Below are positions 1-11,232 of a DNA stretch of 64,000 nucleotides, piece by piece. The DNA is from Dimorphilus gyrociliatus (taxonomy: Eukaryota > Animalia > Annelida): positions 2,921,404 through 2,985,403 of the forward strand of contig CAJFCJ010000007.1 of the NCBI GenBank assembly GCA_904063045.1, written 5' to 3'. The translations under genes were made by a program, and so were the position numbers. Below the pieces are notes generated by a model. That model saw only the letters and a program-made list of their open reading frames with translations, was not told the origin of the DNA and did no database searches. Every line of letters begins with the position of its first letter. Position 1 is the first letter of the stretch.

Positions 1-275
1 AGACCTTCAAAGCGACCTCCATTTTCAGAGAGAGTTGTTATAAAACGGGGTTCTTGAACTTCTACTTCTTTGAGAACGTCCACCACAACTTTGCATACAT
101 CTCGAATAGTTTTGGCTGTAGACGCTTGCCTGGATATGACCTTTTCGTTGTAGAACTTGTTGAGTTGTAGTAATAGGCGAGATTGTGACGCTAAGCGTCC
201 ATCGCTTACGTCATCGCTATTCAACATTATTGGCATGTTCGAATTCTGAATAGACTCGGTACAGTGTGGTAACAT
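1..275 (-). CDS. mab-21: Mab-21 protein, N-terminal 91 codons (gene continues off the left edge)
   Basis: Manual translation from ATG at 275 (in-frame stop just upstream, context GCGCCATG): MLPHCTESIQNSNMPIMLNSDDVSDGRLASQSRLLLQLNKFYNEKVISRQASTAKTIRDVCKVVVDVLKEVEVQEPRFITTLSENGGRFEG. This matches the MAB21L1/2 hallmark LNKYYNEK...KTIREVCKVVSDVLKEVEVQEPRFI. Alternative starts at 236 or 227. Absent from the ORF track because the frame has no stop in the window. Confidence 0.96.
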   Translation of the reverse strand, partial: MLPHCTESIQNSNMPIMLNSDDVSDGRLASQSRLLLQLNKFYNEKVISRQASTAKTIRDVCKVVVDVLKEVEVQEPRFITTLSENGGRFEG

Positions 276-3200
276 GGCGCCTTACCAAGCAGATCTGCAC
301 CAGCCATGAGAGTTTGATTGACGGACGGCGCCCCGCCCCTAGCTCCGCCTTTTTCAACGGTAGCTCCTTCCTTACCTACAGAGCCTTTTCTTACAAAAGT
401 ACTCACCGGCTTTTTCAATTATCGAACAGAATAGCCGTTCAATAGATATTAGTAACATTTCAATTTGATCTTGTATTTTGATAAGCAGTCATTGTAAGCC
501 TTATCTAGCCAAAAAAAAGGGCTTAGAATGAACATGTACCCCCGCTGTCCTTAGCTTCTCTTACTCTTTCCACCCCTTTTCCCTCTCTCAAACAAAAGGT
601 AAAGCAGGTTCGCGTGTTAAAGAGCCATCAAGGAAGAAATGACTCCCTGTAGCTGACCACTAGTAGCGTGATCAGTGGTAATTTACTGAATTCTATGCAT
701 TTTCAAACAGCATTTACTGCTTCAATATAGGTTATATATATATTTGTTTATTTATCTAGATATCATACCCCCTATGTGTGCTCAACAGTTAGGAGAGCGG
801 TCAATATCTTGAATAATGAATAATAATAAGGAAGAATAAAAGACCGTGGAATTGGAAAAGGAGTGAAAAAAACATCATCGATTAGAAAGATAGATACTTA
901 ATACTTATAATGAGAGACTGCGCTCGACGCCGAGCAATTAACACTAATGGTGCGACTAAGATCACAGAGCGTACCGACAACCGACTGCTTAATAAAAACA
1001 GAATTATTGGGATAAGTTTTCTTCGAATGAGTGTATTCTCATCCCTTTAAATAGCTATAGCTTTAATGTATTCATATTAAATGATAAGGTTAGATTATAT
1101 CGAGCTGGTAATGGCTGATGGCTATATAATGTAGAGTTTAAAGAGAGATGTGTGTAGATATATATATATAATTGTATTTACAAAGAGAGAGAGAGAGAGG
1201 AGAAAAAGAAGAAGAAGAGTTGGAAGTTATTAATGATGTATTTTTCGACGGTCCCTAGGCATAAGATGGCAATGTTTATAATAGAAAATGACCTTAAGCC
1301 TAATTGTCATTCGATGCTATAGTCGGTCTGTTTTCTATTTGGCAGCCAGCTTGTTATCAGCAAAGCAGCCTGATAAAGATTTTGTAAAATTCATCTAGGA
1401 TTTCATAAATTCGCTCAAAAAGAGCATCTATCATTACGTCATCCTATCATACATAGGTAAAATGAAACCATTTGCTTCTCTTTGACAATAACTTGCATAC
1501 GGAAGATAAATTGGCGTGTCGTGTAATTTTGTCACGTCGTCCGTCTTCGACCCTCTCGAGGTGGAGCGTCTGAACAAAATGCTCCATTATTGCAACACAC
1601 CATTAGTACCATTTAGCAGACGGTAAAATAGTTCAACCTGCTTCTATGTCATCATTCAAATATTTTAGAGATGAAAAGTAGCAGCGACTGATGGACAAGA
1701 GCTTGTCCGCCCCTTTAGTCGTTCAAAAGATAATAAGACATTCAGCGACGCCTGAAATGAGTTGTAGCGTTCAACGGCGTGTGAAATGAGCAGTGTCGGA
1801 GCGAGTTTTTCAGTTTGTGTATATTTGCAGTAATTAGGAGACTTCAAAAGAATTAAACGAGGGCCGCCTTTACAATGTCTGTCATTCTAAAAACAGCTGG
1901 TTTTTTCTTTATGTAAAACACGTGCTACGGCCTGTACACACATAGCGTGTTGTAATTTTTATTTTACATAGGCCTAAACACGAAAACATCCCTCCTCTAT
2001 TATTAATCAAGTATAATTTTGTAAACATTTCGCTTATTTTATAGATTTGATATAATAAATGTAAGAAAAAATTATTTAAGATGTATTTAACCTTTTATTC
2101 CTTAACTTTTACTCATTTTTTATTGTTTATTCTATCAAAATCTGATTATTTTTAGCCCATATGGTACATTATGAATGAATAATGATCGCATCTATTACGC
2201 AATCACCCATAACTATTAAGTAATGGCGAATGCAGTGCACTCGGCGTGAACCGCAAAAGCTGCAAAAATTCTACCGGAGTAACAAATGGAATGCTTATAG
2301 GATGTGACAGCACCGTCGTTTGCTCGAATTCTAAGGCTTCACTGATAATTTAGATAATATATGAACGGTAAGAACGTAAAAGGCGGGATAGAAGGTAGGA
2401 AGAGGATATATATGAGGAAAAAAAAAGGCCTCAGTTTATAAGGGCTATATATCAACTACTCGGATTAAATAAATTGTACTAGTTAAGTACCAAAACGTAC
2501 ATTGCTAAGTTGGACAGATGAATCAAATTACGCATTAATTATATTATTAATGAGACCTAGACTAAGAGTCCATTTTATTTTTCGATTTAATAGCTATTAG
2601 TATTGTAATAACGCAGACAGGTGGCGTCGACCTATATTTTTTGGAACGGCGAAGGAGATAAGCAATGAACGATTGGCCCAAGGCTATTAATTTATCAGTG
2701 AATATTGCTGGTTAGATGGCGCTGGTAACCCGTATCCAACGATATTATCCTATCTATCCATCAACGGTTCAGTGCACACCATGCAATCTGGATGGTCTGG
2801 CACGGTTATGGTCCAACTATTTTCCGATAATAGTTTGCTTAGGGCGCGTGGCGGAGATTCTCCGCAGTTATAGCGCCGCTGCTTGACATTTGTCTGACAG
2901 TAATGACAGTGAATGGTGCATTAAACTCGCCACTTAAAGCTTCTTAGCTTGTTTTTCTTTTGTTCCCTTTCTAACCTCTTTTCTTTAAATCTGCTCATAT
3001 TTAAACCCTTTGACGTTTCAATCCCTTTTAAAAGTTAAAAACAATAATCAGCATTATAGGTCTACATTGACAAGACAATTAGAGAGTAGGTAGTGAAATT
3101 CTCGTAACAGTCGCATCTGTTGGCGTTCTACAGTTTTCTATTACTTTAAATGGAGAGAACTTAAGATGCTCGATAAAGAAACGTAGAGGTGACGGTTGAT

Positions 3201-3492
3201 AGGGCGTTATTTGACGCTCGGCGGGCGTCTGAACTAAGAAGCTTACTGAGTCATTAACGTCACACTTTGACGTCTTCCCTTCTGACGTGCCGGCGCCGGT
3301 GTGGCGTTCTATTACGTAATATTTTAAGTCAAAACCGAAGTTGTATTGAAAACGGTCTAAGAAAACTCTTTATTTCGTATCTCTTTAGCATTTTGATAAT
3401 AGAAAGAAGAAAGATCTTGACGATAAAATCAAAGATAGAAAGAATGAAAGAATAATAAAAAGAAAATAGACTATAAAAGTTTCATTCTTTCC
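276..3492. promoter_or_regulatory. Gene-free 3.2 kb upstream of mab-21; probable cis-regulatory region
   Basis: No credible exon chain on either strand. Much longer than other intergenic spacers in the window (about 0.3-1 kb). Contains GC-richer patches and motifs such as TTACGTCA (~1435) and paired TGACAG (~2896, ~2905). Confidence 0.45.
1158..1199. repeat. (AT)n and (AG)8 microsatellites
   Basis: Direct reading: atatatatatata followed by agagagagagagagag. Confidence 0.85.
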
Positions 3493-4818
3493 TTAAACGG
3501 GGGTCGATTTTCTTCTTTGTAAAATTGGTTGTTCATCCCTAATTATGGCCGATGCTATTAAGGGGCCAATTAGTTTTCCAATACAATAGCCAACGTTACT
3601 TCCCGTTACTCCGAATATAGCTTTACCTATTATTGAAATACCTTGTTCAGCTGCCTGTACGATTACCTCTTGCATCCATCGTCTGTCATTGTTCTCTTTG
3701 GCATTGATTATCTTCCAAAAACAGCTTCCCCCTTCTAAAAGAAGATTGGCCGCTAATAAGGTTTCCTTCTTTTCTTCCATGATCGGAAGAGATTGGACTT
3801 TTTCATTATTGTCATTTACGTACATTTGAATTCTTTTCAATTTTTCACGTAAAAAATCACTTAGGTCATCATTTTTATTTCTGTTTTTTTCTTTCGTAGA
3901 TGAGATTAGGCCATCTATAAAATCTAGGGCATTGTAAAATAATTCATTATGCGGTTGTCCGACACGTTTTTCAGCTTTTTCAACTACATTCCTTACAATA
4001 CAATCAATTTCTTTGAACAAAAGATGTCGCTTCAGGTCGATGCGAACATCGTGCTTAACAACGCCATCTTTCGGCCTATTTTCGACTACTCTTAAGGTTT
4101 TGTCATTAGTTGCGGTAACGACTGCGTATCTTAAATAACCTTTCCCCTTATAAAAACATATCAAATCTCCAATTTTCACTGTTGATAATTTTGAGATTCT
4201 CTTTAGAGAAAAATTTGCTTTAGGCAAGAAAAGTTCATGATCGGAGAGAGGTTGAACGACTTTGCAAAAAATGCAATTAATCCTCTCGATAGTAGCATCG
4301 TTTTGATTTAATGTCAAAATCACGTTATATTTAGATGGTCTTCCACATCCGCCACACGTTGGTTCTAAATCGTTAGGAAGCTGATTTGGCAGAGAGGCCC
4401 CTCTGCCACATGAGCATTTAATTCCGCTGGCCATTCCATCCTCAAAAGAGATTGTGCAAGTATTTCTCTTAGAACCTTGACAAACGTCATTTGAACATCT
4501 GAGACTTGGTGAATAATCATTTATAAAACCTCTTACACTCTCTCTTCTCTTTTTACAAACTTTGCAGATCAAATTGTTATTTTCGGCTAGCAGATCGTCT
4601 TTTGAAGTCGTTCCGCAATTCCTACAGGGTTCTAAAATTAGATTCATCTCCAACTTATCTGATTTAGAACAATCTCGTCTTCGCACTTGCCCACAGTTTC
4701 TACATTCATGGAGCTTTCCGTCACAAACTGCCCAATTTGAAGGAATTTTCGTCAGGACTTGGCATCGTGGACAAGTGTCAACGACTACCTGGAAATTGAT
4801 TTGATCATCCATCAACAT
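3493..4818 (-). CDS. 441-aa protein: four tandem zinc ribbons + LRAT/HRASLS (NlpC/P60)-like domain lacking catalytic residues + glycine-zipper C-terminus
   Basis: Uninterrupted 1.3 kb ORF in AT-rich DNA. Cys pairs CPRC/CRNC, CRNC/CKVC, CSNDVC/CSC, CGGC/CIFC. GDLICFYKGKGYLRYAVV...VVEKAEKRVGQ...YNALDF aligns with PLAAT/HRASLS GDLIEIFR..YxHWAIY...IIQRAEELVGQ...ENCEHF. Confidence 0.85.
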   Translation of the reverse strand: MLMDDQINFQVVVDTCPRCQVLTKIPSNWAVCDGKLHECRNCGQVRRRDCSKSDKLEMNLILEPCRNCGTTSKDDLLAENNNLICKVCKKRRESVRGFINDYSPSLRCSNDVCQGSKRNTCTISFEDGMASGIKCSCGRGASLPNQLPNDLEPTCGGCGRPSKYNVILTLNQNDATIERINCIFCKVVQPLSDHELFLPKANFSLKRISKLSTVKIGDLICFYKGKGYLRYAVVTATNDKTLRVVENRPKDGVVKHDVRIDLKRHLLFKEIDCIVRNVVEKAEKRVGQPHNELFYNALDFIDGLISSTKEKNRNKNDDLSDFLREKLKRIQMYVNDNNEKVQSLPIMEEKKETLLAANLLLEGGSCFWKIINAKENNDRRWMQEVIVQAAEQGISIIGKAIFGVTGSNVGYCIGKLIGPLIASAIIRDEQPILQRRKSTPV

Positions 4819-5331
4819 CGTTTAGATGAATGTAAATCTAAATTTGATGATATTAAATTTTGATTGAGTACTACTCAAACAATTTTCAACCTGCTTTTCT
4901 TTTCAACCACTAAAGATTTCCCGCCTTTTTTCTAATCCCTTCAATACTATCGTTGCTAAGCCGCCATTTATAAACAAAGATGAGCTTTATTTGCAAAGCT
5001 TGTGCAGGGGGTGAAAAGGGCCTCAATAAAAAAAAATACGTAATAATTATAATAAACAAGAACGTTTTTTAATGAATTTTTCAAAGAATTATTAATTTAA
5101 ATCCTAAAGCAGACAATGTAAAGAGCCAACAAACACTTTTACGACAATTTAAGAACAACATTTTCTGTTTAAAAACAACAAAGAATCAATAAGCAAGAGT
5201 GTATAATAGAGCTTTTTTTTATTTGGAAATTGATTGGTTGATCGTCGGCCAGTGATCGATTTGTGCATGTAGCTAACTGTCAGAATGAGTAAGCTACCCG
5301 AATCGTCGACCTCTTAATAGAGGAGAAAGCA
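4819..5331. promoter_or_regulatory. Candidate bidirectional promoter between the LRAT-like gene and CERKL
   Basis: Divergent starts about 510 nt apart. YY1-type GCCGCCATTT at 4960-4969 (reads AAATGGCGGC in the sense of the LRAT-like gene). Reverse CCAAT box ATTGG at 5233-5237. Confidence 0.5.
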
Positions 5332-6598
5332 ATGGATTCTAGTCACCAATATCCAGCCGATGAGTACAGAGTAAATAAATCAGCTAGAAGTAGACGAAGG
5401 GATAAACATCAAAAAAATGGTTTACGAGGATCTTACGATTTCGAAAATAATGATTTGTCTGCTATTTTCGAAATTGAGGGTCAAACCTACGACGTGGTGC
5501 TAACGGATACTTCAATAACATGGTCTAATGTTGCTGGGTCGGATAAAGTACCAAAATTAAAGAAAAAACAATCGTTTTTTAAGAAGTTAGTAAATGCTGC
5601 TCGACATAAAGATGACTATAGAAGGGAGCCTACAGATTGTATCAACCTAGATGAAATTTTGGGTGCAGCTATTCATCGAATTAGACGAGCGGGTCAGCCA
5701 GAAGGTCAGGGTGTTTGTCAGGTATTTCAAATAATTATTAATATCTTTTCTAATAAGCGTATCGCAATTATTTAATAAATAACAGATAGCAACGTATGTT
5801 GTAATAAATATATTATATCTACAGGGGATAGCTTTATATTTATTCGAGTATAGAGGACAAAATAAGTGGCGAGAAAGAATTGTTTATCTAAACCATCCAA
5901 GTGAAGAGATGTGTTCAAAATTCGTAACTAAAATCCAGAGTGTGATTCAAGGTGATTCACCCGTAGATGACTATGGGATTTTTTTTTCACATAATCGATT
6001 ATTAAACCTTAAGCCTAATATTAGGACTATTTCTACTTACCTTTTATACTAATATCAATATATTAGACGTATAAAGCGTTATACTTATATATATATTATA
6101 TATATATATTTATACATATATAAATATTGATTGTAATATATTTAGTTTAAAGTGCATATTCAAAGATAACTACTAATTGTTCATTGAAAAGTGTATGATA
6201 GTAATGAAAAACTGCTGATTTTTCATATTTTTTGATTTAAAACTATATATACTGTCTATATATTGCATATATATTCATATGCTAATATATATATATATAT
6301 ATACTTATATATATATATTTTTTTACCAGGCAAAACCGAAAGGCCAAAGAAGACAAGAATATTCTTGCAACATTTTTCTGGTAAGAAGAATGGTAGAACT
6401 ATATTCAAAGAGAAAATTAGGCCAATACTCGATGCCTCTGGAAATAAGTCAGAATTGACTGGTATGAATTAAATATGAGTAATTGGGATTATGTCCTTAG
6501 CTCTATTCTATAAAGATTTTATTTATCTTTATTTATTTAAAAAATTTATATAGTGAGAGAAATTAATGAAAAAAGGACTCTTTCTCTTTCCTTCTCTG

Positions 6599-6635
<37 letters not shown>

Positions 6636-9600
6636 TAATATATAATATAAGCCTCATTTGTCATATGCATATTTCATATTATGAAATATATAACATATCA
6701 ATAATTACTAATAATTAGGTTACTTTATTCCTATTTGTTATGTAGATTTGATTTTTCTTCCAGAAATTCTAAACGACGGAGATATCAGCCGATATTTCAA
6801 ACACTTAAACCTTTCAGAATACGACAGGTAAATTATAAATGTCTATTCCAAATAGGCTTATAAAGTTGATATCTATTTTAAGATCAATATAAGAAAAAGA
6901 ATCATTTTGTTTTATAAAATAATAAACAAAAAAACTATTGCAGTATGTTGGTTATTGGAGGTGATGGTACAGTTAATCAGGTGGTAACTGAATTAATTTC
7001 AAAGACACAAATAGAATGCGGTAAAGAAATGAGGATTGATAGGAATCCGATTAGATGCGAAATACCTTTGGGTGTTATACCTATAGGTAAATATTATTTT
7101 ATACATTATCTCGCTTAGAAAGAGTGTTAATGACCTTAAACATTAAATTTATCTTTTCTGCCTATATGCTTTTATATATTAGTATATATATATTAGTATA
7201 TAAATCTTATATTCAATCGTTATTTTTACGATCTTTTCTGTTATCTATTCCAGTTATTGCCATCTTAACTTCCTTTATATGTAAAAGTTATTGATTAGCA
7301 TAGGAAAAATGTTAAATTTTTTAGTGATATTTTACTTGATTGAGTAGATATATTGATTTATTGTTAATAATAACTTGTACATTTATTTGTTCTCTTTTGT
7401 CTTTCATCTTTTTTTAGGAACCACTAATCAGGTGGCTAACTCTGTGATAGGAATTGATGACGTCATATCAAGTACAATACAATTTGTTTTGGGTTATAAA
7501 AGACTCGTTGACGTTATGTCAGTGTGGAAAGATGACAGGTTTCTCCAGTGCGCTTTTACAGCTCACTACGGATTTTTCGGAATGGTTTGTAAATATTTCG
7601 CGAGATTTAGCGTTCTTGGAGATAAAAAGATTGAACTATCTGTTGGTAAAGCATTATCACAAAAGAAATTCAAGTATGTTGAATATTTTGTTTTGAACGG
7701 AATGACTTTTAAGCCGAATATCAAATACTATTTAGAGAATACGAATGCGAAATAGAATATTTACCGGTTGAACCAGATCGCCTTCAAGGTCACAGAAATG
7801 AATACTGCCGGCAGGGGTAATAGTCTCATTATAAAAGAATTTATTTTTTAATTAAAACGAAACTGGTTACTTTCCCTTGAAAATAATCTAGTTGTACTCA
7901 ATGTATTGGAGCGTCACCGACAACTCCAAGAACTTCTAGATATAGTGACGCTATTGAGGAATTAGACCCATTAAACCAAAGCGGAAATAGTAGTACAATA
8001 GGTAAACATTGAATAAAATTCTGTATTTTATCATCCAATTTGCGTTTTTTTTGGTACAATCTATCTATTTATCTATGTATTTATCTATCTTTCTCTTTAT
8101 TTTTCTCTTCTATCAATGATTAATCTATAATCCGTTTATACTCTATCCTTTTTCTTATTGCTAACTTGCTCTAATATCGTTGTGCTGTTAATTATTTTGT
8201 TCTCTTTAGCTAATTCCGCTTGTCAAGATCCATTTGATTCGTCAAATACAAGCGCTATGTTTATGAGTATGTACTCAATTTCTATTTTCGATTTTCTCTC
8301 TTATGTCTTATTTCCATAGCCATCATCATTCCTATCTCTACAGATTTATATCTAATGAATGGTCTTTTATTTCCCTTAGATCTTACGGAAAATGCAGATG
8401 ACAAATGGAAGCATTTAAAAGGTTCCTTCCTAAACATAACATTACTCAGTATACCGTGAGGATATTCATAGTATATGATAATATTATATAAATTAAGACG
8501 AGAAATAATTAATTTTCCAGAGCTATGAGTAGATTAGCACCATACGGAATTAATCAGTTCGGCCATTTAGGAGATGGAATAATGGATTTAATAGTAGTAA
8601 AGGGTACGGATAGAAGGGAATTTGTAAGATATTTAAAGAGGCATGGTAGTGAAAAGAACGCTGTACGATTGCTATTTAATTTAATTTACATGATATCAAT
8701 TTATTCTTATATTAATTTTTTTTATTAATATAGTTAACGTTACCTTTCATTGATCATTTTAAATGTTCGGCGGTAAGGGTTGTTGCCAGGAATAGGGAGA
8801 CATGGAATCACAAAGATTATTCCTATCACGACGTTCAATATAGTATGGAACAGCAGCAAAGGGTAATTTAATTCCCTTTCTTTCTTTATTCTTATTTCTA
8901 TATGTATTCTGCAATTTATAATTAGAAATAATAATATACACAAAATACGAGAAAATATTAAGAAACTTAAATAATAGAGTATGCTGCATACAATTATACT
9001 CTTCCGGAAATAGTCTAGAAGCATTGGTTAGGGTTAATTTTCATTAAGATGCAACGTTTTTTTTTATCTAAACGTGGGTGATCCATGCCTGAGAGAACAT
9101 CAGATGCGAGTTGTATTCTTATTTTACCATAGTTATCAAAGTCTTTTGTGAGGAGAAGGAAAAAAACACGGAAAAGAGGAGAGAGAGGGGAGAGGGGGGG
9201 GGGGGGTGAGAAGGGGATTATTCCTTATGTCAACGAAAATATTACGTTCGCTAGTTGAATAATTTCGTATATTTATAAATAAAAGTGCAATATTCTGTAA
9301 ACTTATTAAAAGTAAGTAATTCTCCACAGATGGCTCAAAGAAAGCAATCTTTAAGTAAATCTGTTGACGTCATAGACGAAATTGGAGATAGCGATGACGA
9401 CGATGATAGCGACTCGGAGGACTATAGTCGTCCTCCTTCTAGGTCATCATCTCGCCGAAGCGTGCAGGTAATTCCAATTGGCCTTAGGAAGGGGAAGTGC
9501 AAAAATAAGTTGCTGTTTGTGTGATTCAATTTCGTTACTTTTCTTCTATTTTCACTTCCGTTTGTCTTTGTTTTTTATAGTCTTTAAACTGTATCAATTT

Positions 9601-10768
9601 TTTTCTATATAATATTTTATTCTATCCCCTTCCATTACTCTTATTATTATCGCTATTATTAACATTATTATTATTAATATTATTATTATTGTTATTAACA
9701 TTATTATCATTATTATCATTATTATTATTGCTATTATTGGTATTATGTTATATATTATTAGATTCTTTTGTGGAGTGTATAAGCTTTTTTCTCCTTGTTG
9801 TTGCACAATTTCATTTGCATACTTAGAGTCGAAATGATTCGCAAACTCGCACACAACGTCACTCTGTCACATCAAATGGTTGGACAGCCGAAGAAAGACA
9901 AAGGAAAAATGCAAATGTTGACATGTTTTCTGCCAAACAAACTTCAAATAAGACGGTAAATTGAACAAAATGAGGGAAGAGAAATACGTTCAATTCTCTT
10001 CCTCTTCACTGCTATAAATTTGCCTAATTTCTTTCGCTTGTCTTGCATTAATTATCTCTAAATTTCTCTTTTTATCATTTTTAATTGATGTAATAATTAC
10101 ATAAAATAAAAATACTTAGAAGGAGCGTCGTGGGTCATTTACTCAAGGAGGCTGGACTAATGAAGGATGCGAAATAAATGATGAAAAGGAACCTGCAAGA
10201 ATGAGTAGAAGACAAAGTGAAAAAGTTTGCTATTTGGATCCGTTTACTATTTGATTGTAATTAAGTTTATCTGTCTATTAAACAGAAGCCACCATCTAAG
10301 AGTTGGAATGGTAGCTTAGTAAATATATCCGATAGGAGAAAATCGGAACAACCTCTTCCAATTAATTTACGCCCAACCTTCCAAGTGAGCTTATATTTAT
10401 CTTTAAATAGCAGAGGAAACTAATTTATATATTCTATATGTTGACATTAAATTTTTTTAAAAGGATCAAAATAGAAGACGATTAGCAAGAAAAGAAAGAA
10501 AAAAGAGTGAAAGACGGAGGTTAAAAGCTGAGAGAAAAGCAAGAGGTCTCTGGGCCCTTGATATGACTACAAAGGGTGAAAATGATCTAGAATTTCGGTA
10601 AGAAATCATGATATGAACCATATACTATATAACCAGGGCTATTAATTCCCTAATATTTTTATAACATTAACTAGAATTCATAATGGTATTTTATCATTGT
10701 CTGGCTGCGGAGTTTGCTATGAATACGATCCGGATGATGTCGGATTTGGTTGTTTGGCCCTCTTTTGA
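5332..10768 (+). CDS. CERKL: Ceramide kinase-like protein (PH-like + DAGK catalytic domain), multi-exon
   Basis: Exons chained through GT-AG junctions: AIFEIEGQTYDVVL (human CERKL GIFEIGRDSCDVVL); GIALYLFEYRGQNK; ERPKKTRIF; VIGGDGTVNQV; IPLGVIPIGTTNQVANSVIG; CRQGCTQC; WKHLKGSFLNI; HLGDGIMDLIVV; LTLPFIDHF; WALD; RIHNGILSLSG. Stop TGA at 10766-10768. Confidence 0.9.
6599..6634. repeat. Compound (TC)n(TA)n microsatellite in a CERKL intron
   Basis: tctctctctctctctctctc directly followed by tatatatatatatata. Other TA-rich tracts at about 6084-6123 and 6286-6316. Confidence 0.9.
9643..9760. repeat. Imperfect (ATT)n trinucleotide repeat in a CERKL intron
   Basis: attattatcgctattattaacattattattattaatattattattattgttattaacattattatcattattatcattattattattgct...; this explains the Ile-rich spurious ORF 9594..9854. 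Confidence 0.9.
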
Positions 10769-11232
10769 CGGGATATTTCATTGTTAAACATAAATATAGG
10801 TCTATACAAATATGTTCTAATTTTGATTTTATTCATTCAGTATAAATAGAAATTATACTGTATCGTGTATTTTTTTTTTTATAAAAAAAAATTTCTAAAT
10901 AATCCGTCCATTTGTTTTTTTTCTCTATTTGCTGTGATAAAGGTCTTACAAAACAGAGGAAGAGTGTTTTGTATATTTAGTTTGAAAATGTTTTTTTTCC
11001 ATTAAAGAAATACAATTTTAATTTTTTATATCATTTATCTGTATAAAAAGAATCATATTCCAGTCACGGCATCTCTAATATCATAAATCAAGTAACATTT
11101 TGAAAGAGGAGCAATATTACAAATTTTTTTTAAATACATTCTTCATATATAAAGTATATAATTTACATTTACTCTATATATGCTTTTTTTTTTCTTTTTT
11201 TGGTGTTTTCTCTAATGGTAGAGTTTGAAAAG

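Noticed and set aside
227-418. 63-aa minus-strand ORF in the track
   Set aside because: It is in a different frame from the real mab-21 CDS (ATG at 275) and overlaps its 5' UTR; no recognisable motif.
2729-2743. AACCCGTA, matching the start of miR-100
   Set aside because: The match stops after 8 nt and no convincing precursor hairpin surrounds it.
9594-9854. Ile-rich ORF that looks like a transmembrane protein
   Set aside because: It is the antisense translation of an intronic (ATT)n repeat.
10769-11232. Possible overlapping antisense 3' UTRs of CERKL and RAPGEF4
   Set aside because: Several AATAAA/ATTAAA candidates exist on both strands (10828, 11001, 11017), so overlap cannot be inferred from sequence alone.
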